Shown: in pieces, positions 34,048 to 43,459 of the stretch
How positions within the stretch are numbered: the first letter of the stretch is position 1
How the letters are laid out: each line of letters opens with the position of its first letter
Source: a virus
Taxonomy: Duplodnaviria; Caudoviricetes
Length of the DNA stretch: 64,000 nucleotides
IMG/VR virus record: IMGVR_UViG_3300020037_006332
Location: 8,561-72,560 of that record
Direction: 5' to 3' (one strand)
Made by a program: the position numbers and the translations under genes
The notes under the pieces: generated by a model
The model's input: the letters and a program-made list of their open reading frames with translations, nothing else
Told to the model about the DNA's origin: nothing
Database searches by the model: none

Positions 34048-34409
34048 GGGCTCGGGGCTCCTAAAAACAGCTCGTCGAACGTCTGTTGGATGTTCATGTC
34101 GTGGAATTTCTCTTGCCACGCGGGCGGGAGTTTGTCGACGAAAAACCACCATGTCTGGACTTCCAGGGCGGTGAGTCGGGCGGCGAGCACAATCTGCCGG
34201 CCGTCGTCTCGGCCGCCGTCGTCGTCATAGCTGGCTGTGGCCAGCAGTGCCATGCGGGGGTAGTTGAAAAACGTGCGTTCATCGTTCGCTGGGTCGCTCG
34301 GCGTCCAGTGCTCGATTCGCTTGCTGGGGTAAAGCTGCTTGATCTTATGGCGTAGGTCCGGGATGTGCTCGACTCGCTGCATGGACGTGGGGCGGTAGTA
34401 CTGGATCAT
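34044..34409 (-). CDS. IFL-motif protein (LYP...HW...TWWF subfamily)
   Basis: Ends TFDELFLGAPSP. Confidence 0.75.
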   Translation of the reverse strand: MIQYYRPTSMQRVEHIPDLRHKIKQLYPSKRIEHWTPSDPANDERTFFNYPRMALLATASYDDDGGRDDGRQIVLAARLTALEVQTWWFFVDKLPPAWQEKFHDMNIQQTFDELFLGAPSP

Positions 34410-34735
34410 GCTCGGCCCTTTCGGCGGCGTCGGCGGCGGTTGGTGTCCATCGGCTGGGTTCTCGGCTCGGGCTCGGGCTGGACCCCTAGGAAAATCTCGT
34501 CGTAGTTGGCCTGGGCGGCGTCTCGGCTAGCCAGCTCATTCACGCGGCCCTGGATTTGGTCCAGCTTGAGCCGCGATTCGCTGGCCAGCTCGGAATGCTT
34601 GAACTGCCGTTCCGCTAGATGGCTGTTGGCTTCGACTAGGGCCTTGAATAGAGCGTATTTCATGGCCACGGCCACAAAGCAAAATACGGTCAAGCCGGTT
34701 AGCCAAACGGTGAGCACGATTTCGATGGCTGTCAC
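34406..34735 (-). CDS. IFL-motif protein with N-terminal TM and coiled coil
   Basis: Contains NYDEIFLG near the C-terminus; GTGA coupling. Confidence 0.7.
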   Translation of the reverse strand: MTAIEIVLTVWLTGLTVFCFVAVAMKYALFKALVEANSHLAERQFKHSELASESRLKLDQIQGRVNELASRDAAQANYDEIFLGVQPEPEPRTQPMDTNRRRRRRKGRA

Positions 34736-35106
34736 TGGGGTGCCCCTAGGAAAATGCGTTCCAATGTCTCGTCCAGCACGCCGGGCCGGAATTGGGTGGG
34801 CACTTCGTCGGCTTTGAACCACCATGTCCGCACGGCCAGCACTTCGCCCTTGACGGTGGTTAGGCGTCCCATGAGGTAATTCGTGCCTATCCCGGTTAGG
34901 TTCGGGGCAGTCGCTAAAGCCTCGATTTTCACGCCCCTGGTCGGTCGCCAAAATTCCAGCACGGCCTGCTTATAGTTGGCCATGCTGGGCGGGCTCCAGT
35001 GCAGGATTCTGGCCCTGGGGTAAAGTCTGGTTAGTTGCTGGTGTAGCTGCTTGGTGGAGGCGTATGGCGTCACGGCTGGCATTCCGCAAATCTCGGTCTG
35101 GATCAT
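34732..35106 (-). CDS. IFL-motif protein (LYP...HW...TWWF subfamily)
   Basis: Ends TLERIFLGAPQ. Confidence 0.75.
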   Translation of the reverse strand: MIQTEICGMPAVTPYASTKQLHQQLTRLYPRARILHWSPPSMANYKQAVLEFWRPTRGVKIEALATAPNLTGIGTNYLMGRLTTVKGEVLAVRTWWFKADEVPTQFRPGVLDETLERIFLGAPQ

Positions 35107-35282
35107 GGCCCGGGCTCCCGCTTTGGGGGTTCGGGCGACAATTGCTCACGGGCCCAGCGGTGCCACTCGGCGTCCCATTTGGCGTCGGGCTCGTCGCTGG
35201 CGGGGAGCTGGCTTTCGTCGATGATCTTGCCCACCTTGAAGTATGGCAATCGCGGGGGCTGCGGCTGGCGTTCGTCGGGCAT
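35103..35282 (-). CDS. Small hypothetical protein (59 aa, below the ORF-track cutoff)
   Basis: MPDERQPQPPRLPYFKVGKII...; ATGA coupling downstream. Confidence 0.5.
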   Translation of the reverse strand: MPDERQPQPPRLPYFKVGKIIDESQLPASDEPDAKWDAEWHRWAREQLSPEPPKREPGP

Positions 35283-35284
35283 GG

Positions 35285-35716
35285 CTAGTGGTCCCGTTTC
35301 TTGGCTTTCATGGTTTCCAGGATCGTGATTAGCTGCTGCTTCATGGCTGCCACGGCGGCGGTGATTTGCTCGCCGCTCATGCCCATCATTTGCATCGCGG
35401 CCCTGGTCTTAAAGGCCGATTCCGGGTGCAGAATGTTGGTCGAAACCAGCATAAAACTTTCGTTGGGCGTGGTGCCGGCCTCAAACTCGGCTACGGTCTT
35501 CTCCCCCCATGCGTCGGTTTGCTGTTCGGCTTCTTCGCCGGTCTTGGCCACGCAGATGAGTTTCACGCGGTCGGTATAGATCACGAGCCCGGCCCAGATT
35601 TCGCCCCACTTCTCGCGTCCGATTTCCAGGATTTTGCGGCTATCGCCTTCCTCGATGGCCTGCTCTAGCTTGCTGGTCTTGGAATTGGCAAACCAGCGTT
35701 TCAGGAACGTGCTCAC
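35285..35716 (-). CDS. Hypothetical protein
   Basis: 143-aa ORF after the promoter at 35762-35789. Confidence 0.7.
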   Translation of the reverse strand: MSTFLKRWFANSKTSKLEQAIEEGDSRKILEIGREKWGEIWAGLVIYTDRVKLICVAKTGEEAEQQTDAWGEKTVAEFEAGTTPNESFMLVSTNILHPESAFKTRAAMQMMGMSGEQITAAVAAMKQQLITILETMKAKKRDH

Positions 35717-35761
35717 GTCTATTGCCCCCTTTTTTTATATAGTTATTTTGGTCTGTCGCTG

Positions 35762-35789
35762 ATTATATAGCGAGCGTACTTAGATGCAA
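35762..35789 (-). promoter_or_regulatory. Promoter with CGCTCGC box
   Basis: TTGCAT-16-TATAAT. Confidence 0.7.
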
Positions 35790-35794
35790 GATGG

Positions 35795-36037
35795 TTAATT
35801 CCCGGGCTGGCCTAGGAACGTGTCCTCTAGGGTCTGGTCGAATAGCTGGCGGCGGGCGTATTCGGCTAAATGGGGCTCAATAATGGCTTTCCAGCCCTCG
35901 TCGAGCCTGACCGGCTCCTGGATGCCTGGAATCCAAAGCTGGTACTGCCGGCCGTGGGTTCCGGTTTCCACGGGGGCGGCAAAGGCGATGCGGGCGGGGT
36001 CCAGGAAAACGCCTTTTCCTAGGTCAATGAGGGGCAT
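35795..36037 (-). CDS. IFL-motif small protein (TFL variant)
   Basis: Ends TLEDTFLGQPGN. Confidence 0.7.
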   Translation of the reverse strand: MPLIDLGKGVFLDPARIAFAAPVETGTHGRQYQLWIPGIQEPVRLDEGWKAIIEPHLAEYARRQLFDQTLEDTFLGQPGN

Positions 36038-36407
36038 TTTGGCCTCGATTCGTTAGGAAAATCTGGTCGAACACTTGGCCGCAAGTGAGGTCGTCCATCT
36101 TGCGAAGCGTGATTCCGGGCGGGGCTGGGGACGTTTTCAGCCAAACCCACCATCCCCGGATGGTCTTTGTTTCGTGGCGAATGCAAGCCACTAGGTAGGC
36201 CGGGCCGGCGGCACCGCCGGTGACGTCGGGGGCCGTGTGCACGATCACGTATTCAGGCTGGCCGGGGGCCAGCCAAAATAGCTCGTTCAGGTCCAAGCGG
36301 TTGCCGCCCGGCAATCCCCTCCAGACGCCTACCCAATGTTCGTATCGGTAGCCCGGGTGCAAGCCGACTAGGTGGTCGATGGCTCGGTCCATGTCGCTTT
36401 TGCTCAT
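36024..36407 (-). CDS. IFL-motif protein
   Basis: LHPG...WW; ends VFDQIFLTNRGQNAPH. Confidence 0.75.
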   Translation of the reverse strand: MSKSDMDRAIDHLVGLHPGYRYEHWVGVWRGLPGGNRLDLNELFWLAPGQPEYVIVHTAPDVTGGAAGPAYLVACIRHETKTIRGWWVWLKTSPAPPGITLRKMDDLTCGQVFDQIFLTNRGQNAPH

Positions 36408-36751
36408 GCCTGCCCCCCTAAGAAAATGGCGTCATAGGCTTGCTCTAGTGCCTCGCTGGGGGCTTTATGCTCCTGGATGATCGGGTCGGTTCGCCGGCTG
36501 GCTCCCTCAGTAACCCACCAGAAGTCCGTGCGGCTGCCGTTGGCGGTGGCCATGAGGTACTGGGGGACTTCTTCGTCGGTGGCCGCAATCAGCGTGGTCC
36601 GGCCCGGGGCGGGGTGATTCAGCACGGTGTCAGTGTGCACAAACCGGCCGACGGGGAAACGCTTCCGCAAACCCGCGATGGCCTTGTCCGATTGTTCCTC
36701 GATGCGTGTGACACGCAAGCCGGGGACTAGGGCGTAGGTGAATTCGCTCAT
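36404..36751 (-). CDS. IFL-motif protein
   Basis: RFP...FWW; ends AYDAIFLGGQA. Confidence 0.75.
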   Translation of the reverse strand: MSEFTYALVPGLRVTRIEEQSDKAIAGLRKRFPVGRFVHTDTVLNHPAPGRTTLIAATDEEVPQYLMATANGSRTDFWWVTEGASRRTDPIIQEHKAPSEALEQAYDAIFLGGQA

Positions 36752-37113
36752 AGGAAAATCCGCTCCAGCTCCCGGGTGAAGTCTACGGCGTGCAGGTCAA
36801 GTTCCCGGATCGGCGGATAGGCGGCTACGTCGGGGTGTGTTTCGTGGTCGGTGTAGTAGCTGACGTCGCAATAGCCTACCCGGTGGACGCGGATATAAAT
36901 CGGGTAGTCGGCGTGCATGTTGGCCCCCGGGTGCACGGCCCGGTAGCCTGTGAGCCGGTAGTAGGTAAATGGCCCCTGTCTCGCTGGTTCCTTTTGGTAA
37001 AAAAAATAGTCGCTATGCTTGGCCCATTCGAGATAGACCATTGCGACGCGAAGGGCCTTTCGCAGAATGTCCACGAATTCAGCGTTTTGGTCTTTGGTGT
37101 GAATGAGTGGCAT
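36748..37113 (-). CDS. IFL-motif protein
   Basis: Ends ELERIFL. Confidence 0.75.
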   Translation of the reverse strand: MPLIHTKDQNAEFVDILRKALRVAMVYLEWAKHSDYFFYQKEPARQGPFTYYRLTGYRAVHPGANMHADYPIYIRVHRVGYCDVSYYTDHETHPDVAAYPPIRELDLHAVDFTRELERIFL

Positions 37114-37116
37114 TGG

Positions 37117-37599
37117 TTAAAATTCCCAGCCGGGGACGGCTTTGCTGAAAAATCCCGCTAGGGCTCGATAGGCTTTTTCGTCGATCACTACCAGCTTGAC
37201 GGCGGGGTGATACTTGGCCATGCGTTTGATCTTGGTTTTACTGCGGCCGTCCATGTGGCCTTTGACTTCGTGAAACTCGACGCGGCCGTCGGGTAGGGTG
37301 ACTTTGAAATCGGGCAGGTAGCTGACGCATCCCCGTTTGACTCCGGCAAACCAAAATGTTTCGGGCTCGTGGGCCCAGTCCTGGATATCGCCACGTTGCT
37401 TTTGCCACTCCAGATAGCGGGCGTAGTTGGCTTCCCATTTGGATCGGTAATATTTCTTTTGGCCTCCAATCTCTTGCCACGACGCTCGCCACTTTCGGGC
37501 CGCTGGGGATTTCGGGGGCGGTGCCTTGCGGGCCTCGGTTAATTTCCGGGCCAGCTCGGCGGCGTCCAGGCTAGGCGTCGGGGCTTTCTTCTTGGTCAT
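37117..37599 (-). CDS. PD-(D/E)XK nuclease (DUF1064-like)
   Basis: YYRSKWEANYA...YLPDF...FHEVKG. Confidence 0.8.
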   Translation of the reverse strand: MTKKKAPTPSLDAAELARKLTEARKAPPPKSPAARKWRASWQEIGGQKKYYRSKWEANYARYLEWQKQRGDIQDWAHEPETFWFAGVKRGCVSYLPDFKVTLPDGRVEFHEVKGHMDGRSKTKIKRMAKYHPAVKLVVIDEKAYRALAGFFSKAVPGWEF

Positions 37600-38131
37600 C
37601 GCGGGGGCCTTCCGTGGCTGGCTCCTTGGGTTCGGTCAAGTGGTCCAGCTTGGCCTGGAGTTGCTCGACTTGAAACTCCAGGCTTTTCAGTCGGGCTAAA
37701 ACCACGCCGGTGGCAAAGCAAAGCCGGTCCATCGCGTCGGCCTTTGGATCGTCGTCCGGGCTGTTGCTGTAGGTGTGCAGCTCGACGCGGCGGGCGAGCC
37801 ATGTTATCCGGTCTTGGAGGACTTCAATATCGCCGGTTTCGAGGACTGCGGAATCGAGTGGCATAGGGTCGGGCTCTTTCTTGTAGGTGGTGGTGGTTTT
37901 GGTTTCGGTGAATCGCGGTTCTTCGTTGGCGGCGTAGGCCCGGGTGGTTTCTCGCCAACTGGCTAGGGTGTCTTGCTCGTGCTGGCGGCCGTCGGCTCGG
38001 GCCAGCCGGAGGATCAATAGAAATAGGGCCATGCCGGTGAGTAGGCCGGCGATGGCGTAGGAAACCCCGTGGGGGTCGTTCTGGTGGAGCCACGCGGGCC
38101 ACTGGTGCCAGTCGGCGGGGAGTGGTGTCAT
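37571..38131 (-). CDS. Membrane-anchored coiled-coil hypothetical protein
   Basis: One TM helix and a C-terminal coiled coil. Confidence 0.65.
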   Translation of the reverse strand: MTPLPADWHQWPAWLHQNDPHGVSYAIAGLLTGMALFLLILRLARADGRQHEQDTLASWRETTRAYAANEEPRFTETKTTTTYKKEPDPMPLDSAVLETGDIEVLQDRITWLARRVELHTYSNSPDDDPKADAMDRLCFATGVVLARLKSLEFQVEQLQAKLDHLTEPKEPATEGPRDDQEESPDA

Positions 38132-38514
38132 CGGGCGGCCTTGGCCTTTCGTTTGACGTTCTTGGCCTCGGGATTGCCCACGACGTAGCCCAGCCGGGCG
38201 ATGGTCCGATTCCAGCAGGCGGCCAGCTCTCGGGGCCGGTTCTCGCGGTCGTCGTTAATCTGCACGACGCTGGGGAAACGGTGGTAGTAGTTCATGCTGA
38301 CCCCGCAGCTCCGAAGCCCCATTCTTTCGGCCTCGGCAAATAATCGCTTTTCCAGGGATGCAGCTAGCGGGCTATCCCAGCCCACGCATTCCAGGACCCA
38401 TCCACTGAGACAATGCCGCCGGCCCTCGCCATATTCGTTGCGGATAATGTCACTGCTTTCCAGGACGGGCATGGTGTCCGGGTATTTCCGTAGGTTCTTT
38501 TTGATCTTCTTCAT
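38128..38514 (-). CDS. Hypothetical protein
   Basis: 128-aa ORF with ATGA coupling. Confidence 0.65.
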   Translation of the reverse strand: MKKIKKNLRKYPDTMPVLESSDIIRNEYGEGRRHCLSGWVLECVGWDSPLAASLEKRLFAEAERMGLRSCGVSMNYYHRFPSVVQINDDRENRPRELAACWNRTIARLGYVVGNPEAKNVKRKAKAAR

Positions 38515-38960
38515 GGGTTTCCCTTTCCTAAAAAAATCTCGTGTAGGTTGTGATTGACGGGGGTGAAAACGTGGTGCTCGCTGCCATATCGGACTAGCTC
38601 GTCAATTCGCTGGCGGGTGCGGGGGTTGCGTTTGGCTAGCGTTTCCAGGACTCCCTGCCAGCCGTTGTGGTGCGGCCGGTCTTCGTGCAGGTAGGACGTT
38701 ATGAATAGTTTTCGCGGGGCCCGGGCGGTGGGTGTGAATTGCAGCTTCCCCACGGCTAGCATCCAGCTCCCGAAGTTGTGTGAGCAATAGGCATGGGCCG
38801 TTCGCACGGGACTGAGGGGATCGAAATATCTCACCAGCGAAATCGACGAACAAAGGGGCCCTATGCTTTCCGCGAATGTCCAGCCATCCACCACGAATTG
38901 GATTTTCTCGCCGGGGTATAACTCCCGGAATGTCTCCAGCGGTAGGGTGCTAGTTCTCAT
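38511..38960 (-). CDS. IFL-motif protein
   Basis: LYPG; ends NLHEIFLGKGNP. Confidence 0.75.
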   Translation of the reverse strand: MRTSTLPLETFRELYPGEKIQFVVDGWTFAESIGPLCSSISLVRYFDPLSPVRTAHAYCSHNFGSWMLAVGKLQFTPTARAPRKLFITSYLHEDRPHHNGWQGVLETLAKRNPRTRQRIDELVRYGSEHHVFTPVNHNLHEIFLGKGNP

Positions 38961-39268
38961 GGCAGAAAAATCTCGTCCATCGTTTTCTGGATTCGCATAT
39001 CGGCTAATTGCTTCTGGAGCCGCTCGCGTAGGTTCTTATTGAGTTGCTTTAGGCTCCAGTCGCCATTGTCGACCACGCGGGCCCAAACGGTTTTGGTGTC
39101 ATGGTTGACGCGGATAATGACAAGCCCACCTTCCGGCCGCTCGTAGATTTCAAAGGCTTCCAGCGGGGCGTTTAGGAAAGCCCGGCGGGCCATAAAAACG
39201 CGATAGGTGTAGCCGGGGTATCTCCGGCGGGCGATGGTGGCCAGTCTTTCGACGTAGAAATCTCGCAT
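38957..39268 (-). CDS. IFL-motif protein
   Basis: RYPG; ends TMDEIFLP; start could alternatively be 39286. Confidence 0.75.
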   Translation of the reverse strand: MRDFYVERLATIARRRYPGYTYRVFMARRAFLNAPLEAFEIYERPEGGLVIIRVNHDTKTVWARVVDNGDWSLKQLNKNLRERLQKQLADMRIQKTMDEIFLP

Positions 39269-39276
39269 GGTCGGCA

Positions 39277-39305
39277 ATCCTATCATCCGCTCGCTATACT
39301 TGCAA
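39277..39305 (-). promoter_or_regulatory. Promoter with TATAGCGAGCG box after the -35
   Basis: TTGCAA-17-TAGGAT. Confidence 0.55.
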
Positions 39306-39307
39306 GC

Positions 39308-40156
39308 CTAGGGGGCCCAGTCGATGCCTCGGTTCCAGGCGTCCAGGTCTTCGTTGAAGTTGGCCGGCTTGGGGGGCTGGTAGTGCTCCATCCAGCACGT
39401 GAGGTCGTGGACGCTCTCCTTGGAGAATCCGGGGCAGATTCTCATTTTCTTGGGATCGTATAGCAGGGGCTTGTCGGTGGCATATTGGCCCGTGTTCTTG
39501 TCGTAGCCGCCCCGGCTGTAGCCCTCGTGCCGGTCGCCGGCCTTACACGGGCAGCGGATGGCCACGCGGTAAAGGCCCCGGCCGGGGAAGGTTAATTTCT
39601 TGTCCTTGGCGAGTTTCATGCTGCTCATTCGCCAGACTTCGACTAGGCCCACGTCGCGGCAATCCAGGCAGGCGTAGCGGTGTTCCGTTTCGGGATCGAG
39701 TGGCATTAGCTCGGCGGCCAGCTCGTGGGGATCGTCGCCGGCCTCGGCGGCCTGGACTAGCTTGCCCATGATCGCCTTGCTATCCCAGTCGGCCGGGTTC
39801 GCGGGCGGGGTGGCCAGCTCGTTGTAGTCCACTTGCGGCAGGTTGGAGCGGAATCGCTCACCCTCTAGAATCGCACACAATCGCTTGTAATGCGTCGGTG
39901 TCATGGCCCGGTCTTTCGGGTCAACCGGATCGAAAGAGCCGCTTAGGATGCGTCTGGTGGCTTCCAGGGCATCGTCTAGGGTGCACTGCTCCAGGACTGG
40001 ATACCATTTGGCCAAGAAACTTCGGTAGCGGGGGTCTTTCTCGCGTTCGGCTTGCTCCATGCCGGCGGTTTCGGTGCTTTCGTTGATGAAAGCGGCGGCC
40101 TGGGGGAACGTGCTGCAATGATCGGCAAGCCACTTGATAAACTCTTGCTTGGTCAT
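39308..40156 (-). CDS. Replication-associated protein (helicase loader/inhibitor-like, Zn motif)
   Basis: Immediately downstream of the initiator; CLDC...CPC motif. Confidence 0.55.
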   Translation of the reverse strand: MTKQEFIKWLADHCSTFPQAAAFINESTETAGMEQAEREKDPRYRSFLAKWYPVLEQCTLDDALEATRRILSGSFDPVDPKDRAMTPTHYKRLCAILEGERFRSNLPQVDYNELATPPANPADWDSKAIMGKLVQAAEAGDDPHELAAELMPLDPETEHRYACLDCRDVGLVEVWRMSSMKLAKDKKLTFPGRGLYRVAIRCPCKAGDRHEGYSRGGYDKNTGQYATDKPLLYDPKKMRICPGFSKESVHDLTCWMEHYQPPKPANFNEDLDAWNRGIDWAP

Positions 40157-40159
40157 GGG

Positions 40160-40939
40160 TTAAAACTCCTGCTCTAGCGATGGGACGGAGTAGTCGCGGC
40201 GGCTGTTTTTCTGGAAAAGCTGGCCCTGGGGCCGCCGGTCTTGCTGCTTCGATAGCCAGTTATTCAAAAAACGCGGGATATTCACGGGCCTTTCGCTCGG
40301 ATTGTCGATGCACCATTGGCGGGCCTTGCGGCATTCCGCCAGCACGTTCACGCCGGGATAGGCTTCGGCGTACTCGTCGATCTTGGATTGGCGGAGTAGG
40401 TAAACCCCGGCCTTTTGGTTCTTTGAACCTGAGTGGGCAATTTCGAGAATCACGGGATCGGGATTAATTTCTGGCGTTCCGGTTGTATGGGTCTGGTTCT
40501 GGTGTGGGTCTGGTGTGGTGTGGGTCTGGTGTGGGTCTAGCGTAACGTTTTCGTTACGGGCCCGGCCCGTATCCGTAACGCTTTCGGGAAGTGGTTGCGG
40601 GAAAACAACTTGCGGCTTTACGTCTTTCCTTAGCGTCTTGTACACGTCGACCAGCTCGACGTATGCGTCTCCGTTGATGCGATACCTCTGGAGTAGCCCC
40701 ACGGCGGCCAGTTCGGCAATCCAGGATTCGACGTCTTTGGCGGTGACTTGACCGGCGACCATGCGGGCCGTGTATAGCCTCGCCATTACCCATTTTGCGT
40801 CGCCGTAGTACCTTCCCGCGTCGTCGCTGGCGGCAATCAGCCGGGTGTAGAGCGTTTCGGCTCCGATGCTAACGGCGTTCACCTTGTCGCTGTCCGGGTA
40901 GCTCTTTAAGAGGGGGTTATACGCTTCCCTGCGTGCCAT
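40160..40939 (-). CDS. Phage replication initiator / replisome organiser-like protein
   Basis: AETLYTRLIAASDDAGR N-terminal pattern, low-complexity linker, C-terminal YPGVNVLAECRKARQWC...RFLNNWL. Confidence 0.7.
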   Translation of the reverse strand: MARREAYNPLLKSYPDSDKVNAVSIGAETLYTRLIAASDDAGRYYGDAKWVMARLYTARMVAGQVTAKDVESWIAELAAVGLLQRYRINGDAYVELVDVYKTLRKDVKPQVVFPQPLPESVTDTGRARNENVTLDPHQTHTTPDPHQNQTHTTGTPEINPDPVILEIAHSGSKNQKAGVYLLRQSKIDEYAEAYPGVNVLAECRKARQWCIDNPSERPVNIPRFLNNWLSKQQDRRPQGQLFQKNSRRDYSVPSLEQEF

Positions 40940-41501
40940 CCTTGGGCTCCTTGATTTTTTTCCAGCAAACGCCGCAAAAGTACCGCCAAGTCTTATCGTC
41001 GTAGTGCGGCCAGTGCGGCGGCATCCTGACGAAAGCGATATCAATCGAGTCGAGTATTTCCGCCTCCGGTAAGCGGCGTAGGAACGTCTTTAGGGTCTGC
41101 TCGCGGTCCCTGTCTGCGTGCGTTCCTTCAGCCCATCCGCAGTTCGCTGTCCAGTGCTGCCAGAGTCGCCGCACGGAGTTGATTTCTGCTTCGCGTAGCT
41201 CTAGCAAAAGGTCGTTGTATGCCCGGGTCTGCTCTTGGCGTTCCTGGCGTTCCTTGGATTGGTCGGCCAGCGACCTAGGGACCATTGACAGCGGAACGGC
41301 CGCCTTGCCGCGATTACAGTCCTGGCAGGCGGTCAATAAGTTTCGCTCATGGTCTTCGCCGCCCTCCGCCAGTGGCACGATATGATCGGCTTCCAAGATG
41401 ACAGCCGGCGGCGATTTGCCGCAATATTGGCAACTAAACCTATCCCTCTTGAATACTTCAAACCGCTGTCGCTTTGATAGTCCCTTGCGTGGCTTTGCCA
41501 T
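40917..41501 (-). CDS. HNH endonuclease
   Basis: RFEVFKRDRFSCQYCG...LEADHIVPLAEGG...NLLTACQDCNRGK. Confidence 0.9.
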   Translation of the reverse strand: MAKPRKGLSKRQRFEVFKRDRFSCQYCGKSPPAVILEADHIVPLAEGGEDHERNLLTACQDCNRGKAAVPLSMVPRSLADQSKERQERQEQTRAYNDLLLELREAEINSVRRLWQHWTANCGWAEGTHADRDREQTLKTFLRRLPEAEILDSIDIAFVRMPPHWPHYDDKTWRYFCGVCWKKIKEPKDGTQGSV

Positions 41502-41525
41502 ATGGGTGGCCTCCCGTGGTCCAAC

Positions 41526-41562
41526 AAAAACGCCCCCGGGCACGGTCTTGTGCTCCGGGGGC
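41526..41562 (-). terminator. Terminator-like hairpin
   Basis: GCCCCCGG..GCAC/GTGC..CCGGGGGC stem with A5 at 41526-41530. Confidence 0.55.
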
Positions 41563-41614
41563 ATGATCTTGGCGAAGTGCCGTGGTCACTGTCAAGCTAC
41601 TGCGAGCGTACCCG

Positions 41615-42127
41615 CTATTTAGTGGCCGTCCCGTTTGCTAGCACTGCCAATAGTTCCCCGGCGGCGGTGTAGCTGCCGCACTCGTCGGCTAGTCGCTTGG
41701 CCATGAAAACCACGCGGGCGGGGCCTTCCAGCATGGATACAATCCCGTCGGCGGCCCGGACTAGGATCACGTCTTTGGGCTCCTTGTCGACGCGGGTGGT
41801 GACGGTCACGGCCTTGCCCTTGGGCTTGTTCTTGGCCCCCTTGGGGCGGCCGACGGCCTTCTTGGCCTTGAGCGGCCCGGCGGGCCGGAGAATCCCGCCC
41901 AGCGTGCCGGGCTTGGCCTTGGGTAGCTTCAGCTTGGGGACGGTCTTGGCCTTCTCGGTCTTGCCCAGCAGGCCCCGGCGGACTTGATAGATCAAGGCCG
42001 GCGAGCACGGGATGCCCTCGGCTTGCAGCGTGGCGGCGATGCCGGCGGCGGGGGCCTTGGGATCGGCGGTTAGCAGTTCGCGGATACGCTCGCTGCGGCT
42101 GCTGGTCTGGTCGGTCGTGGTGCTCAT
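41615..42127 (-). CDS. Basic Lys-rich putative DNA-binding protein
   Basis: SRSERIRELL...IAATLQAEGIPCSPALIYQVR; Lys-rich linker. Confidence 0.65.
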   Translation of the reverse strand: MSTTTDQTSSRSERIRELLTADPKAPAAGIAATLQAEGIPCSPALIYQVRRGLLGKTEKAKTVPKLKLPKAKPGTLGGILRPAGPLKAKKAVGRPKGAKNKPKGKAVTVTTRVDKEPKDVILVRAADGIVSMLEGPARVVFMAKRLADECGSYTAAGELLAVLANGTATK

Positions 42128-42187
42128 AGCGGTAAACTCCAGTTTTGGTTAAATCCGTTCGGGTTGAAAATGTCCGCCCAGCGGACA

Positions 42188-43306
42188 CTAAAATGGGATA
42201 TCGTCGTGTGTGGGGAATGCCTGTTTCTGTTCGGGCGGGGCGGCCGGCTTGGGGTCGGCTTTCTTGGCGGCCTTCTTTTCGGCGGCGGCCATTTCCTTGG
42301 CCTCGCGGGCCTTGCCGGCTTGGTCCAGGTTAATTTTCTGGGTCTGCTCGGTGGCTCGCATGGCTAGCTCGCCCTGGGTCTGGTCGAATAGCTCCCGGAG
42401 GTCGTGGGGGGCTAGGCTGGTGTCGACGGCTTTGATCTGGCTGCCGAATTCTTGCACGGCGTCGTGCACGGCTCCCCGGGTCTGGGCCCGTTCGATCTGT
42501 TGGGTGGCGGCCTCGATGATTTCCCCCAGCTTGGCCTCGACGGCTATCACGTCGATTTCGGGCCGCTCGGGTACGGGGCTGCTCTCGACGTCGATCACTT
42601 CCTCGGGCCGGCTGGCCTTGCGGCCCTTGCGTAGCTTGGCGGTGGCGGCCTGGAGCGTGGCGGCCGGTGCCGGCAGGTTGGCGGCGGCCCGGCTTTCGTT
42701 GATCTGCTCCATGTCTTCCTCGGTGACCACGCCGAGAATGATTTCGGGAGCGTGCCGGCGGGCCCATTTGATCGCCCCAGTGTAGGTGATTTTCTGCTGG
42801 GGGTCTTTCTTCCAGGCGTCGTTAGTGGTCCTGTGATCGCCCACCCGGGCGGTGACGGTGCGGTCGAAATCCTCTCCCTCGAAGCGGCCGGAGACGGTGA
42901 CGGTGAGGTCGTCGCCGGTGCCGGTGTAGTCGTACCGCAAGCGGCCCACTAGGCCAGCTCGGGCGTTGATAACCCCGGCCACCAGTTTGCCCTGGAAAGC
43001 CAGCTTTCCGCCCACGACGTAGGTTTCGGGGGTGAGGCTAAACGGGTCCATTTGCCAGCGGAATGCCTGTGAGCAAATGAGGAAACAGTTACCTACCACT
43101 TCCTCGAATTCAAACCGCCGTTCTTTATTGCGGGTCAAGTGGTCCGGCAGCACGGACGCCGATGCCATGATCTTGGCCACGCGGTAGAGGGCGTTATAGC
43201 GGTCGGTGTCCAGCAGGTAGCCCAGCGGGCTGTCGTCTTTGTTGACACTCAGCCGGCGGGGCTCGGGGACGGTGACGGCGGTGCTAGGCTGGGGCTCGGT
43301 GCTCAT
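42188..43306 (-). CDS. RecT-like single-strand annealing protein
   Basis: GNCFLICSQAFRWQMDPF...YVVGGKLAFQGKLVAGVI...WARRHAPEIILG; adjacent to YqaJ. Confidence 0.7.
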   Translation of the reverse strand: MSTEPQPSTAVTVPEPRRLSVNKDDSPLGYLLDTDRYNALYRVAKIMASASVLPDHLTRNKERRFEFEEVVGNCFLICSQAFRWQMDPFSLTPETYVVGGKLAFQGKLVAGVINARAGLVGRLRYDYTGTGDDLTVTVSGRFEGEDFDRTVTARVGDHRTTNDAWKKDPQQKITYTGAIKWARRHAPEIILGVVTEEDMEQINESRAAANLPAPAATLQAATAKLRKGRKASRPEEVIDVESSPVPERPEIDVIAVEAKLGEIIEAATQQIERAQTRGAVHDAVQEFGSQIKAVDTSLAPHDLRELFDQTQGELAMRATEQTQKINLDQAGKAREAKEMAAAEKKAAKKADPKPAAPPEQKQAFPTHDDIPF

Positions 43307-43459
43307 GGGTTTCCTTTTCTGCGGCGTCTGCGGCCATTAGCGATAGCTTGGCGTAGAGCTGGGCTAGCGGCCTGACTTCTGGGTAGTCTTTTCCGTAAAC
43401 GGCTTCTAGGGCTTCCAGCAGGATTCTGATTTCTTCGCACGATAGCACTGTCGAATCTC

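Noticed and set aside
41590-41608. TTGACA plus TACTGCGAGCG variant box
   Set aside because: There is no convincing -10 at 16-18 nt and the box has a mismatch, so it is not counted as a promoter.
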